From Eledone cirrhosa (taxonomy: Eukaryota): a DNA stretch of 64,000 nt. The stretch lies in NCBI GenBank assembly GCA_964016885.1, contig OZ024740.1, forward strand, positions 269,638,001-269,702,000, given 5' to 3'. The translations under genes and the position numbers were made by a program. Positions 24,113 through 36,311 of the stretch are shown piece by piece. The first letter of the stretch is position 1. Each line of letters opens with the position of its first letter. A model generated the notes under the pieces. The model was given only the letters and a program-made list of their open reading frames with translations, searched no databases and had not been told where the DNA came from.

Positions 24113-26559
24113 TATATAGTAATAATTTGCCATAATTAGTAATTATGTATATATAATCTCTGAACAGTGATTTCTTACGTGTCAAAAATGTCAATCTCAA
24201 CGTCGATAAAAAGTAAGAGATCAGAGGTAATCGAAACAATGTTCTATTTCTTGATATCTCATGATACACATCAAAACAATAGATAATAGAGAAAAATTGA
24301 TCTAAAGGAATTATTCAAATATCTCTACTTTCGGTGTCAGAACAACGAGAAAAATAATAAACACAAACACATGCATTCGTTTAGGATTAAATAAGTTTTT
24401 ACCAACTTATTTTAAACTATCAACTTAACTATTGATTGCGAGATGGTTTGTTGTATAATGACAATTACACGTTAAGGAAAAACACGTTAAGCTATTGTCA
24501 GCAAGATTTCACATTTTGTGTACAGAATAATATTATGTAAAAATTACAAACTCGCATTCCTTTTGTATCGTTATTTACCTTTCACAAAAGAGAACAAGCC
24601 CCGTATGTTTGTTATTTAACAAACACGAAACAATGAAGGAATTCCCGCTTTCCCATACTTTAGAAAAAAAGCTTGAGATTTTATCTCAATGGTTATATCA
24701 TTTCACGAATACTAATACATTTGTTAGAAATGTTTTTTTAATCTTTATTATCTTCAATCGATATTACGTAAAAGAATATATATCAATTCAGTTCATAATA
24801 ACTTACATCTTGTTTAATGTATGATGTTGAGATTAATTATATCGAATAAATAAATTGTATGTATTTGAAAACTTCTGAGTTAATTGTCAAATAAAATCTA
24901 CTGAACCAGAATATTAAATAGAAGCATCAGATCACATAAAATAACGCAATAAATATTAATCGATTCATTTAAAACATTGTAACTCAAAATACTTTTATGC
25001 GAGATGAAATAATTTCAGACTATCATTTTTGGTTACGATCAAGACGCTTGCATGAGGGAATTCTTCTCTGAACACCTTCTGCCGTCCAGCTCTTCTGAGA
25101 GTTTCTTATCAGTGGACATTAGTAACAAATTAAGAAATGAATTATTCAAAACACGCGCTCAATTATAAGAAGTTAAATGTCACAAAACAATTTATATTTG
25201 AACGTTAAAGTTAAGTTAAAGTAACGTTAAGTTAAAAAACGAGACTTTATTTTATTTGCTAAAATATTTGGTTATGTGAAATCCAGTATTAGTGCATGAA
25301 TAAAGTTTTAAAAAGGAATTAGTTTTACTTTTTCAATTTTATTTGCTTAGAGTCTCTATTTTCGTCCTTAGTATTTTTATTTCCTTCTTCCATTGAAGAT
25401 TTGATTGTATTCTCATTACGATAGACCATTACGTAATACCTCAACTCAATGTGGAGTAATTTCCCTTTCTCCCAACCTTGCATATCCATAAATAAATCAT
25501 GGCTATTACTCTTATTTATTCGAACTACCTCTTTACCTCTACCTTTGTTTAGAGTTTTAACCTTGGTTATGAATATTTTAATCCATTGAAGTAAACAATG
25601 CTAAAGTATTACACTAAGACTAAGCAATTATAATACATCAGTGAATTGATAGACGTTAGGCAATATTTTTCTCATGTTCTAGTGATTGTATTGATATATC
25701 CCATATAATAAAAGGACACCATGCGGTAGCTGAGTCTCCCGAGGGAATAATGTGAGATTCCACATGAAGTGCTGATATTCTAAAACCCCAGTAGTTCAAT
25801 TTATGATTATGAAATTGCTAGAATTTTTTTATTACTTTAAATCAAATCAATGTACATACAAAAACAAAACATTTCGTTCATGTAATACTCACACGAAGAA
25901 TGATAGAACTTCGAATAAGATATGAGACTCCGCAGTAATATTTGCCAACTTGTGCGCTTTGGACATACGTCTTAATTTATTATGAAGTTTATTTATTAAT
26001 ACATTTATTAATAGATTTTTCATCTCAACAAATAAATAACATTCTGATATAAAAATCAGTGTATTTATGTATGTGTCAAATGTTATGTCACAAATTTGCA
26101 CCAAGGTAGCTAAATTAGGTGTGGAGTCGTATCTGTTTCAATGAAAGGTTCAAAGGTTATGTGATGTACTGTTAAATTAGGAAACTATAAATCTTTTAAT
26201 AACTTCTTATATAGAAGGAAATTGTTTTTGTAATGAAGAAAGAAAGACAGAATGGTAGTGTGTGGTTATGGCGACGAAGGAATATTAAATCCAGTCACGA
26301 TCTCTATTGGTATGTGCAACGTATTTATGTATATCTGTATCTATTTAAATATAGAACTTTATTTTTGTAGTGACGAATGTGTGTTCCTTATGAACAAAGA
26401 TTAAATTTGTGAATTGAAATATTTAAATATTAATTACTGTTTAATTAAACATATTAAGTGAAATATCTGTTGTTTGAGGAAACAAATATCAATATCATTG
26501 TATTCCATAAATATCCCTCACATCTTTCAATAATATTTGACTAATTATTTGATTACATA

Positions 26560-26604
<45 letters not shown>

Positions 26605-26700
26605 GAAAACTGAATTGATAGACATTAGGCAATATTTTTCTCATGTTCTAGTGATAGTATTGATATATATATATATATTCTCATGTTCTAGCGATAGTAT

Positions 26701-26798
<98 letters not shown>

Positions 26799-27140
26799 GT
26801 GTGTGTATGTGTATGTGTATGTATGTGTGTGTGTAGGAGGGAGACAGAATTAGGGACAGAAAAGTTTGAGTATTTTACTGTTGTTACAGGTATTATCTGC
26901 GTTTGAATTCCCACACTTTCAAATATGTATATTTAAATAAACACATACACCCTTTCAAAAACCTAATATTCGGAATTAACCGAATTCAGAAATCAATATC
27001 CACAGACCTTCAAATCCATATGCTATAAATAAATTGGTCTATTACCTAACACCGCATATGCATCTAGAACGCTTAAAAGAAATATAAATAGCCTCTAACC
27101 AAAATATTCATATATTCTCCACATCGATGCAGTAGTGAGA

Positions 27141-27190
27141 AAATAATTGTTTCTACTTTTTGGCACAAGGCCAGGTTAACCTCAGCGGGT
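27141..27190 (-). mobile_element. Truncated, internally deleted SINE
   Basis: Tail plus gttaacctcagcggg; flanking duplication gtgagaaaataa. Confidence 0.7.
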
Positions 27191-27454
27191 GAGAAAATAA
27201 TAATGCAAAAACCTATTTTCATACAAAAATTCCTCAGGACAATTTGAACTCATGATCTGTGCACGTACAACATGTGCAGTTTGATAATGTTTGTTTTCTT
27301 CATTAGGTGGCTATTAAGGTTTGGTTGCGTGAGCTGGGTCTGTGGGGTACAGGTTAGCGTTCATTTTAAGGTATTTGCTGAGGGTGAGTAGACTATAACG
27401 GTCTTATTTGCATGCATACTTAATGTATATATTTCTTCATCTCAAGTCTTAAGA

Positions 27455-27710
27455 CTCATTTGGCCGGTGCTTATCCCGGTTTCATGGCGTCAAGTGACTG
27501 AGAGTACAAGACTCCGCCCTGGGCAGGACGCCAATCCATCTCAGGGTTAAACCTCCAGCTATTGCTGGTACTCATTTTCAGCTGAGTATGCTGGAGCAAC
27601 GTGAATTGAAATGTTTTGCTCAAGAACACAACACGCAACCCAGGAATCGAACTCACGACATTATGATCGTAAGTCCAACACCCTTACAATTAACCTACGT
27701 TCCTCCACAC
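27455..27710 (-). mobile_element. tRNA-derived CORE-type SINE
   Basis: B box GAGTTCGATTCC followed by tgtgttcttgagcaaaacattt...aaatgagtaccagc. Confidence 0.8.
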
Positions 27711-28353
27711 TTTGTTATCAAACTAGCATAATATATCAAATATACCACTTTGTATCTAATAGCCCTATAAGAGTCCTTACTATGAATACGCCTCTCTTCA
27801 TCAGAAATTAACTTATAATGATCAAGACATCATTAACAAACCCTATATAGGCGCATATCACTAGGCAGCCGAAAATGTTAGAGTTTCAGAGATCACCCAC
27901 CGCCTGTGTATCATTCGTACATAGATCAAAGACACATAATCCACTAGCCTCTGATAGCTATCTCTTCTTCCTAATCTTTCTCAGCGATGATATAAACTAG
28001 TCACCTATTAATTCAGCTCTATAATTCATCGCTAATGATGGATGGTATGAGTGGACATTCATGACCTACCTAAATTTAAAGTATGGATGTATTGCAACGA
28101 TGCTTAAACGCCGAATGCTTAGCTTCAACTGACAGTGCATAAATGTGTACACATTTATATCTCATCCCTCGTCCACACATATAATAATTATATTTTCTCT
28201 GCTGAAATTCCATTACTATATTCCCCTGCAGTATGAAGTAATCTATTGCGTAACAATTCAGATTCCATACACTAAGAATAACATATTGTATTGAACTACG
28301 TGTTAGAAGTATCAATAATATTGAACATCAACATATTGGCCTCCTTGATCTGA

Positions 28354-28392
<39 letters not shown>

Positions 28393-28728
28393 GTAGGAGG
28401 TGAGTTTTATTGTAGAACAATAAAGCAATGCAAATATCGGATAAGTAACACTCAACAGTTTATTGGACTGGAGTATATATAAGAAGAAATTAAAAGATGG
28501 TTAAACTAACTCTTATATCGGATACCATTGATGGTCTCTACTTCTTCTATAACATGGATTACTACAGCATCACAACCTCACTTAAAGACATACCTATTCC
28601 GGGAAAAACTTCTGATTGAAAAAACGGACTCTTTCGTGCGAAGGCTTAGATGGATCGCTTTTTTCCATGACTATATATATATATATATGTATATATATGT
28701 ATAGATATGTATATATATATTTATATAA

Positions 28729-29240
28729 ACATGGCTTTAAAAATGAGACTTGTTTGCATAATTGCAAACGAATCGAATGTTATTATTAATATTCGAAAAA
28801 CTCAGATTACATTTATCCTATTCAGCCATGTAGAACGAAATATTTTTTTTTTAATGAGACAAAGCCGGCCATCTATCGCTCGCATTCAGGAAACTGACTG
28901 GCAAGCCTGCTGATATGCAAATCTGGCTGATCTGCTAATATGCAGATCTGACTGATCAGCCAGTCGGCTAATATGCAAATCAGGCCGATCAGTCACTGTA
29001 TATTTTAGAAAATAGCATATATTTTCACTAGCTCTGACAGTTGGCAGGTGAACAGTGAGCTGTACTGATGAAGGGTGATACCCAGAAACATTTGTGTCTG
29101 CAGTTATGTTTACATTGCAACACAAGAGCAAGAACGAAGGGTTCATTCTACTGACATGGCTTTAAAAATGAGGTTGTTTGCTTAATTGCAAACGATTCGA
29201 ATGTTATTATTAATATTCGAAAAACTCAGATTACATTTAT
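28729..29240 (+). mobile_element. Non-coding terminally redundant HHR element (425-nt unit), retrozyme/pLTR-like
   Basis: Direct repeat 28729-28816/29154-29240; HHR at 29060-29103; TA-rich tracts on both sides. Confidence 0.75.
29060..29103 (+). ncRNA. Type I hammerhead ribozyme
   Basis: ctgta CTGATGA a ggg tgata ccc a GAAA ca tttg tg TC tgcag; GUC triplet. Confidence 0.8.
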
Positions 29241-29244
29241 TATT

Positions 29245-29281
<37 letters not shown>

Positions 29282-30329
29282 GAGAGAGAGGGGGGGGGAG
29301 TCATATATCTTTTTAGAAACACAGTATGTTGTAAAAGAACTTTTTCCATTTTGAAGTAAGTATTTATCATAGATATCATGTGCTTTTTGTGTATGTACAA
29401 AATAATGTGTTTCTCAAAATAACTTCGTTCCAGGTTCTTGTACTCCAAAACAATGTGTCTTGAACCAGCTTGAGTTAAGTGTATTGCATATAAATGTAAA
29501 ACGAACCATCGTTCCAGGAAAAGGTGAACACAAAATACATTCCTTTATATTTTTACATGATATCGTCTCTTGTGTATTGAGAATTGATGAGTTTGAGCAA
29601 ACTAAAAGTTGCAACAAAACCCATCATTACCAATTATCTGTCATGCTATACACGTGGATTATAGGAGATAGGAATTATTCGATATAGTACAAGGACATAA
29701 CGTAGAATTTGTGATAGATCCCAAATAATGATAATGCATTTTTCTAAAAAGAAGTAAAGTAATTTGAAGATGTATATTAGATATTAAAAGTAAAAACGTT
29801 ATTTGAATATTATAATTCGATTTAGAATATTGATAGTGAATGGATATTAGTGTACATCATGGACACTATTCTAATTATAGGATTTTGTCTCCTTGAATCC
29901 AAGTCAAGTTACTTTATCATGTTCTTTTCTTTCCTTTGAAGACATTTTTGACAAGCAAATAGAAAAGTGTTTTTGTGTTGGCGTGTAATATAGAGAACGG
30001 CAAGGAGTGTGGCGGACCGATGGATAAAAAGAATTAAAACAAAGGAATAAGATAGTGAGTTATACCAGAAGCAAAAACAATGACAGAATGCAGAATTAGC
30101 AATGGGGCGACAAGTATATGGAAGGAAGAAATTAAGATAAGCATTGACGATAGAAGGAAAATAATTGAATGAATTAAAATGCAAACTACTAGTATATTAA
30201 TGAATATTATTCGACTGAAACAAAACAATATATATTTATCTATCTACGGCGGGTAAAATTCCCGAGATTGGTTCTTTTCAGTGGCTGATAATAATCTTAC
30301 TGGCGCCACTCGAATGAGGTAATTATTTA

Positions 30330-30483
30330 ATCCATAAATGGGGTCCTAACAGGTAGTACTGCTCCGGGCCAGAGTAGACCTGGGAGTGATAACAACTAAA
30401 GGGTAACTCCACATCCCCCACAGCTCCTGAACTCCCGAACTGGAGCCTTTCTACTGGATGTAGTTTAATGTCATACCAAGACA
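30330..30483 (-). mobile_element. SINE central-domain fragment (Meta-domain-like)
   Basis: Minus strand ...ctcccaggtctactctggcccggagcagtactacctgttaggacccc resembles a widespread mollusc SINE body; recognition from memory only. Confidence 0.55.
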
Positions 30484-30719
30484 AAACAATAATATTTCAA
30501 ATCTTCATACAAGACAACAAATATGTAGGGGGAATAGTGTTTTGAGTTGCCCGTAATGGGCAAACATTGAGTACTTTGTTCTGAAAAGGAATTTAGCTTT
30601 GGAACTATATACTATAAAATATTTATTCCAACATTTTACAGTTTCTGAAACTCATCAAGCTTCAGATGAATGAACCACTATTGATATATAACATTGGCAT
30701 AGACTACAAATACGAGGGA

Positions 30720-30853
30720 AGATTATTGTCGGTACTTTATTTTATCGATCCGGAAATGATGAAAGGAAATACCGATCACAGTGGAAGTTGAATATAGAAC
30801 GTGGAGCTACGCGTTTTGCCTTACATTTAACCGATTCTATCGATCCACCACGC
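30720..30853 (-). mobile_element. Diverged SINE
   Basis: ggtactttattttatcga...gatgaaagg...atccaccac. Confidence 0.65.
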
Positions 30854-31799
30854 TACTTAAGGAAATAACATTGCCAACCATATATATATAAGGCAACGAT
30901 TAGAAATAACGCAGGGTTTGCATGATTTTGTCATTTATAAAATAATCAAATGTGGTTGCAATCAGTATCTTAAAAAAAAAAAAACTTGTATGAATCCCTG
31001 TCCAACATTGATTCATTAATTATATCGTCAGACAATTTATCTCACCTAATAATTTTAATTTTTTAGATTCGACACACAATTCTATAGAGGATCAAATAGA
31101 GTTGAAATTATTGCTCAATTAATATAATTTGAAATTACATTGGGATTACGAATGATACCAGTGAATTAAAAGAAAAAAACAAACAAACAGTAAAGTTAAT
31201 ATCAAACAACAGGACGTCATTATTTGGACTCATGCTGCAATTTCGTTAGCGTTCGTTTGATGTGGTGCCTATTTTAATCATGTAGCTGTCCAGTATCATC
31301 ACTATATTCATACACTAATGCGTTTCTAATGAATTTCTATCCCAAAGTTCATGTAAGGATAGTAAATCTGAATGGATTGAGTACAGAAGAGATTTGAAGG
31401 AATTATATATAGTCGACATACGTTTCAATATATATATATATATGAAATATAATAGCGACCTATTAATTTGAGAATGTATAAAGTGCTCGAACTCGAACTA
31501 TTTATGTATCGCCAACTGTCACTATACTCATTATATAAGATAACGAAAATCATATACACTTGGCGGGTGGGGTGGGGGTCCACTGTGGCCAGTCACGATC
31601 GAAATCAAGCTTGATAACTTGCTATGTTAAATAGCGATACCAGCTAGCTCACTATCCCAGTGTTTACGCAGGTCCAATGGATCCTTATTTAATATTTTTA
31701 ATGCAGTAAAATATAATATGAGGGGAATTTTCCCTCTATTCACAGCAGTCTGAGCTCTGGCTTAGAAGATCAAACATTAGTGGGTCATGACGAACTGAG

Positions 31800-32005
31800 A
31801 AATAACAACACAACCAGGAGCTGGACGTATTGACGGAGTAAAACACACTTCAATAACATGTGTACCTGTCTTTCCCACACCAATTCGGACTGCCTGAAGA
31901 GGTCACAGCCAATGAGGACTATCACCGAAATATATATAGCAGTATATCTATAAGTTATAATAAACGAAGCCAAATTTTACATATTTGACTTAATTATTTT
32001 ATTTT
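31800..32005 (+). mobile_element. PLE 3' end with hammerhead (HHR 31889-31943)
   Basis: actgc CTGAAGA ggt...acc GAAA tatata TA gcagt; homologue of 23165-23376. Confidence 0.75.
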
Positions 32006-32042
32006 ATTTTATATATATATATATTATATTTAATTCAAATCC

Positions 32043-32280
32043 AAAGACATTAATATATAGAGATGGAAAGAGCCATTATCGTTAGAGAAACATATAGCAT
32101 GTTCTACATATATATAAAGCATAACATATTTAAGAGAAAGTACGTACTTTAAGGTGGAAAAGTTTTCCACCTTAAAATATGTACTTTCTCCTAGATATTA
32201 TATGCTTTATATATATATGTACAAAATACTATGTTTCCTCTAACGATATATGACATCACTCTCTATATACATATGTCTTT
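32043..32280. repeat. Long imperfect palindrome centred near 32162
   Basis: Core ttaaggtggaaaa g ttttccaccttaa; outer matches such as atcgttagag/ctctaacgat and aaagacat/atgtcttt. Confidence 0.85.
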
Positions 32281-33510
32281 TAATTTCAATTATTGATGCT
32301 CTGGACAAATATTAACTGAGCTTCCCTGCTGAGAAATATAATCTTCATACATATTATATGTTATGATACCTTAACTTGGTATAATAATAATAAATTTGAA
32401 GACTCAAATCCAAAGAGGGCTCGATAAGGATAAATATATATCAAATATATAAGAACCGTAGAGCAAATATTTATTAAAATAACAGATTAAAGTTTAAGCA
32501 AAGAATCGCTGCTTTCACCCTTAACGGGATCTTCTGAAACTAACAAAGTCAATCTGTAAACGCAGAAGTGGACATTTCAAAAAACGTTGCAACCGGAGGA
32601 AGACAGGAAGACGATACTTTGGTTCGTCGAAACGTTTCCTGGCAAAGAACGGGGAAAAACGAATATAATACGTCATTAATAGGAGCGGTGAAAAACAATT
32701 ACACGCAAAGACAGAACCACGTTTATGGTCTAAAAGAAGTCGTAGACTAATGTTCTCTTAGGTGGTTCATAGAGACGTTCTCTGGCAATGAACGGAAAAG
32801 ACGAAGATAATACCTCATATGTGGAGCGTAGAGAACAATTGCACGCAAAGACAAAACCACGTAAATGTCTGTGTGTAGTAGAAATATGTGTAACTATGCG
32901 TTTCCCTCTCGTGTAAGTTTATACTACAGTGTACACAAGTTTATTTTACAGGTTTGTGCAGCTCAGTGTCTTATGTATAAACTAAATGAATAATTCAATA
33001 CTTTATACTGTTTGTCAAATCAAATCAATATTCATATTCAATAGTGAAAATTCACTTCGAATTGCAACCCTTACTGGCTTGTCAAAACAATATTTGCTGC
33101 AATAAAGTATCCACCTATATAGTAATATATTTGTGTAGAAATGTTTTAGTATAGGAAAGAAGTATTAAACAAAATTAAGGTATGGGAATATCTAACATGC
33201 ATTAACTTAACCTAATAGTAAATATGCTATTAACACAAACAATTTATTACTTACTTCTTGCAAGTTTATACATTTTTCTGAAATCTTCATGAGGATATAT
33301 GAATACCTAGAAATATCCTAATTCAACGGTATAAATAATTTATAGGAATATGTATACTTAAACTTTTCAAATATACGCCTTCTTACAAACCCATATATAC
33401 ATAAATATAATGAAATTTTATGAGTGTGAGTATATATAAATATATAGAAATGCTCTCTCACACACACATATAACACATACAACACACACAGGCACCCCCA
33501 CTCGTATATA

Positions 33511-33640
<130 letters not shown>

Positions 33641-33969
33641 TGCGTGTGTGCGCGTGAGGGTATGTGTTTATGTATACAGCTTCATCGAATCAAATATGCA
33701 CACTTATAAATATATATGCAAATAAACATAATCTCATTTTATCCCAGACGATCTTATGATCGAAATAGGCAAACAAACTCACTCCAGACAACTCACTCCA
33801 CCATCCGTATTTGAAGTTACGATACGGTCGACAGATCAGTTATTATTTGACTTATGTCAGTAAAGTCAGTGGTTTGTCATCTACGGTTTATCCGTTTGTG
33901 TATTTTTGAAATAGTATAAGAATTTTGGCCATCTATTTAGGATGTCTCAGGCAGTGAGACATCCTAAAT

Positions 33970-34380
33970 AGTTATCTCTTCAATGCTCTTTGGAAGACCA
34001 TCAAAAAGATCTGAATCGTCTGTACGAATCAGGACGATCAGCAACATGATGGAGAACCTTTTGTCTAGCTGATTTTCCTGTCACATTGAGAATGTTCCTG
34101 TCTCACGACCTTTTTACAAAGTTGGGTGAACCGCTACGAAAAAGAGACTAAAATTAGTACTCTTTCTCAGAGGTGACTTTCAGATCTTAAATCAGTCATA
34201 ATATATTTTTCTATCCAATATTCCTCTATGTCGATGTCACCTTTTTCAGGCTCCATGTGATATTTGAAATTCTCAAAAACGTTTATAATTGGGTCTGTAG
34301 GACTTAATTTTATGACCTCTGTTTTCCAGATAATGTTTAATACCAGCCTGCCATCAATTATACGTTTTCGAATTAACATA
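33970..34380 (-). pseudogene. Possible decayed hAT transposase C-terminal dimerisation region
   Basis: DIEEYW followed, across stops and a frameshift, by DKRFSIM...IRTD, resembling ERxFSxM. Confidence 0.35.
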
Positions 34381-34825
34381 TACGCATAATATGTTAAATT
34401 CCGAATGTTTGTTTAAGCCATCGAGTCGGTTATAATTCGGAGAAAAATTCATAGCTTACAATATCGCGAGTAAGAAGCGATAGGGTCTCAAATTCTATTT
34501 AATTCCTAATCTTTAGCAAATACTATTTAACGTTACACTAACGGGCATAATTGGCACGAGAACTTCTTCAGCGTTTATTGTCTCGTCCTTGATAAAATCT
34601 TTCAAATGTTCAAATGCGTGTTACAGCTTTTTTTAGCTAAGCGATGTATGCTGATATTATCGTACACAAATATCGATTACTGTGTTGAAACGAAAATTTG
34701 TATTAATGACATGTTATACAAATATATATACATACGTCCACAGACGCAGATACACACACTCAATCACACACACACACATATATGTATGTATGTATGTATG
34801 CATGTATGTATGTATGTATGTATGT

Positions 34826-35327
34826 AGGACGGTGACTTTGGACATCCTGCAGGACTAAAAACAAAACCTGTCAAAGGGCAAAGGAGCTCTTAAGAGTCAA
34901 TGGCCATCCAAAATCACCGGGATAGATGACCCCTTAGCCTTTGTCAAGGCAGAATTCTAGGAGAAGGAAAACTCTATATAACACCTGCAAACCTGATGGT
35001 ATCCAATGATGTTGACTTGTTCTTCATTTTGGTAAATATCATCTTAGATAAGAGAGTGGGACTGGCTTTGTGCACTGCCTTTGCTCACTATAAAAGCTTC
35101 ACGGCACAGGCATTGCTTTATATCTGGAGATCTCTCTGCACTTGTCGTCACATTGTACCATGGGCCTGGCACTATGTGTCAATAATTGTCACAAGTGCAG
35201 TGTTTGTACCAGATTTTTCAAGTCGCTGGTTGGACTAAAATGTCACACTCGTTCAGCGCATCAGTAGGGGTTCTTCTACATGGATATGAAGTAGTGGCCG
35301 TACTCGAAAACGAGTTGGCAGCCCGCA
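34826..35327 (+). mobile_element. Non-autonomous bipartite RTE derivative, 5'-truncated copy, (TATG)n tail
   Basis: Tandem near-identical copy of 35452-35957. Confidence 0.85.
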
Positions 35328-35341
35328 TGTATGTATGTATG

Positions 35342-35957
35342 TCAGGTCACCAGTTGGTGCTACTGGTAACATGTATCCCAGTACAACCTGTCTCGTGGTC
35401 GGGTCGTTGGCGACTAAACTGGCAACCCAACCAAAGTTTCTTGGTGTGGAGGGTGACTTTGGACATCCTGCAGGACTAAAAACAAAACCTGTCAAAGGGC
35501 AAAAAGGCAAAGGAGCTCTTAAGAGTCAATGGCCATCCAAATTCACCGGGAGAGATGACGCCTTAGCCTTTGTCAAAGCAGAATTCTAGGAGAAGGAAAA
35601 CTATGATATAACACCTGCAACCCTGATGGTATCCAATGATGTTGACTTGTTCTTCTTTTTGGTAAATATCATCTTGGTTAAGAGAGTGGGACTGGCTTTG
35701 TGCAGTGCCTTTGCTCACTATAAAAGCTTCACGGCACAGGCATTGCTTTGTATCTGGAGATCTCTCTGCACTTGTCATCACATGGTACCATGGGCCCAGC
35801 ACTGTGTGTCAATAATTGTCACAAGTGTAGTGTTTGTACCAGAGTTTTCAAGTCGCTGGCTGAACTAAAAAGTCACACTTGTTCAGCGCATCGGTAGGTG
35901 TTCGCCTACATGGATATAAAGTAGTGGCCGTACTCGAAAACGAGTTGGCAGCCACCA
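35342..35957 (+). mobile_element. Non-autonomous bipartite RTE derivative, apparently full length (about 615 bp), (TATG)n tail
   Basis: RTE-type 5' UTR motif ctaggagaaggaaaact; terminal C2H2 codons HKCSVCTRVFKSLAELKSHTCSAHR*; 3' hairpin gtggccg...gcagccac. Confidence 0.85.
35345..35422 (+). ncRNA. Candidate HDV-like ribozyme
   Basis: P1 ggtcac/gtggtc, P2 ccagt/actgg, GG, P4 tcg ttgg cga, J4/2 CTAA; P3/L3 irregular. Confidence 0.55.
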
Positions 35958-36128
35958 TGTATGTATGTATGTATGTATGTATGTATGTATGTATGTATGT
36001 ATGTATGTATGTATGTATGTATGTATGTATGTGTGCGTGTGCGTGTGTATGTGTGTGTAGTATCATGGGTTTCCGTATAATTGATAAAGGAAAAAGGTGC
36101 TCTGTTATTTAGTGAGCTAAAATATAAT

Positions 36129-36311
36129 TAATTGTTTCTACTTTAGACACAAGGCCAGCAATTACCCAGTGCATTACCGGTACTTTATTTTATCGACCCC
36201 GTAGGGATGAAAGGCAAAGTCAACCTCGGCGGGATTTGAACTCAGATCGTAAAGGGACGTAACTATGCTGGAAATCATGGCGTCCGACCCTCCACCGATA
36301 CTGCCAATCCA
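36129..36311 (-). mobile_element. tRNA-derived SINE
   Basis: Same family. Confidence 0.92.

Noticed and set aside
31580-31622. GAAA tcaagcttga TA resembling an HHR 3' half
   Set aside because: No recognisable CUGAnGA or stem I upstream.
32495-32540. Minus-strand CAGAAGA t ccc gttaa ggg t GAAA gc, repeated near 45000-45035
   Set aside because: Core altered in both copies and no stem I or III found; at most a relic, not counted as an HHR.
34167-34379. IDIEEYWIEKY looked like a PAZ-domain (Argonaute/Piwi) motif
   Set aside because: Stops follow immediately, no splice context, and the downstream KRFSIM fits a decayed hAT transposase better.
34826-35957. Tandem repeats considered as LTR pair or CRISPR-like array
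   Set aside because: No TG...CA ends, PBS or internal domain; no short repeat-spacer periodicity; eukaryotic context.
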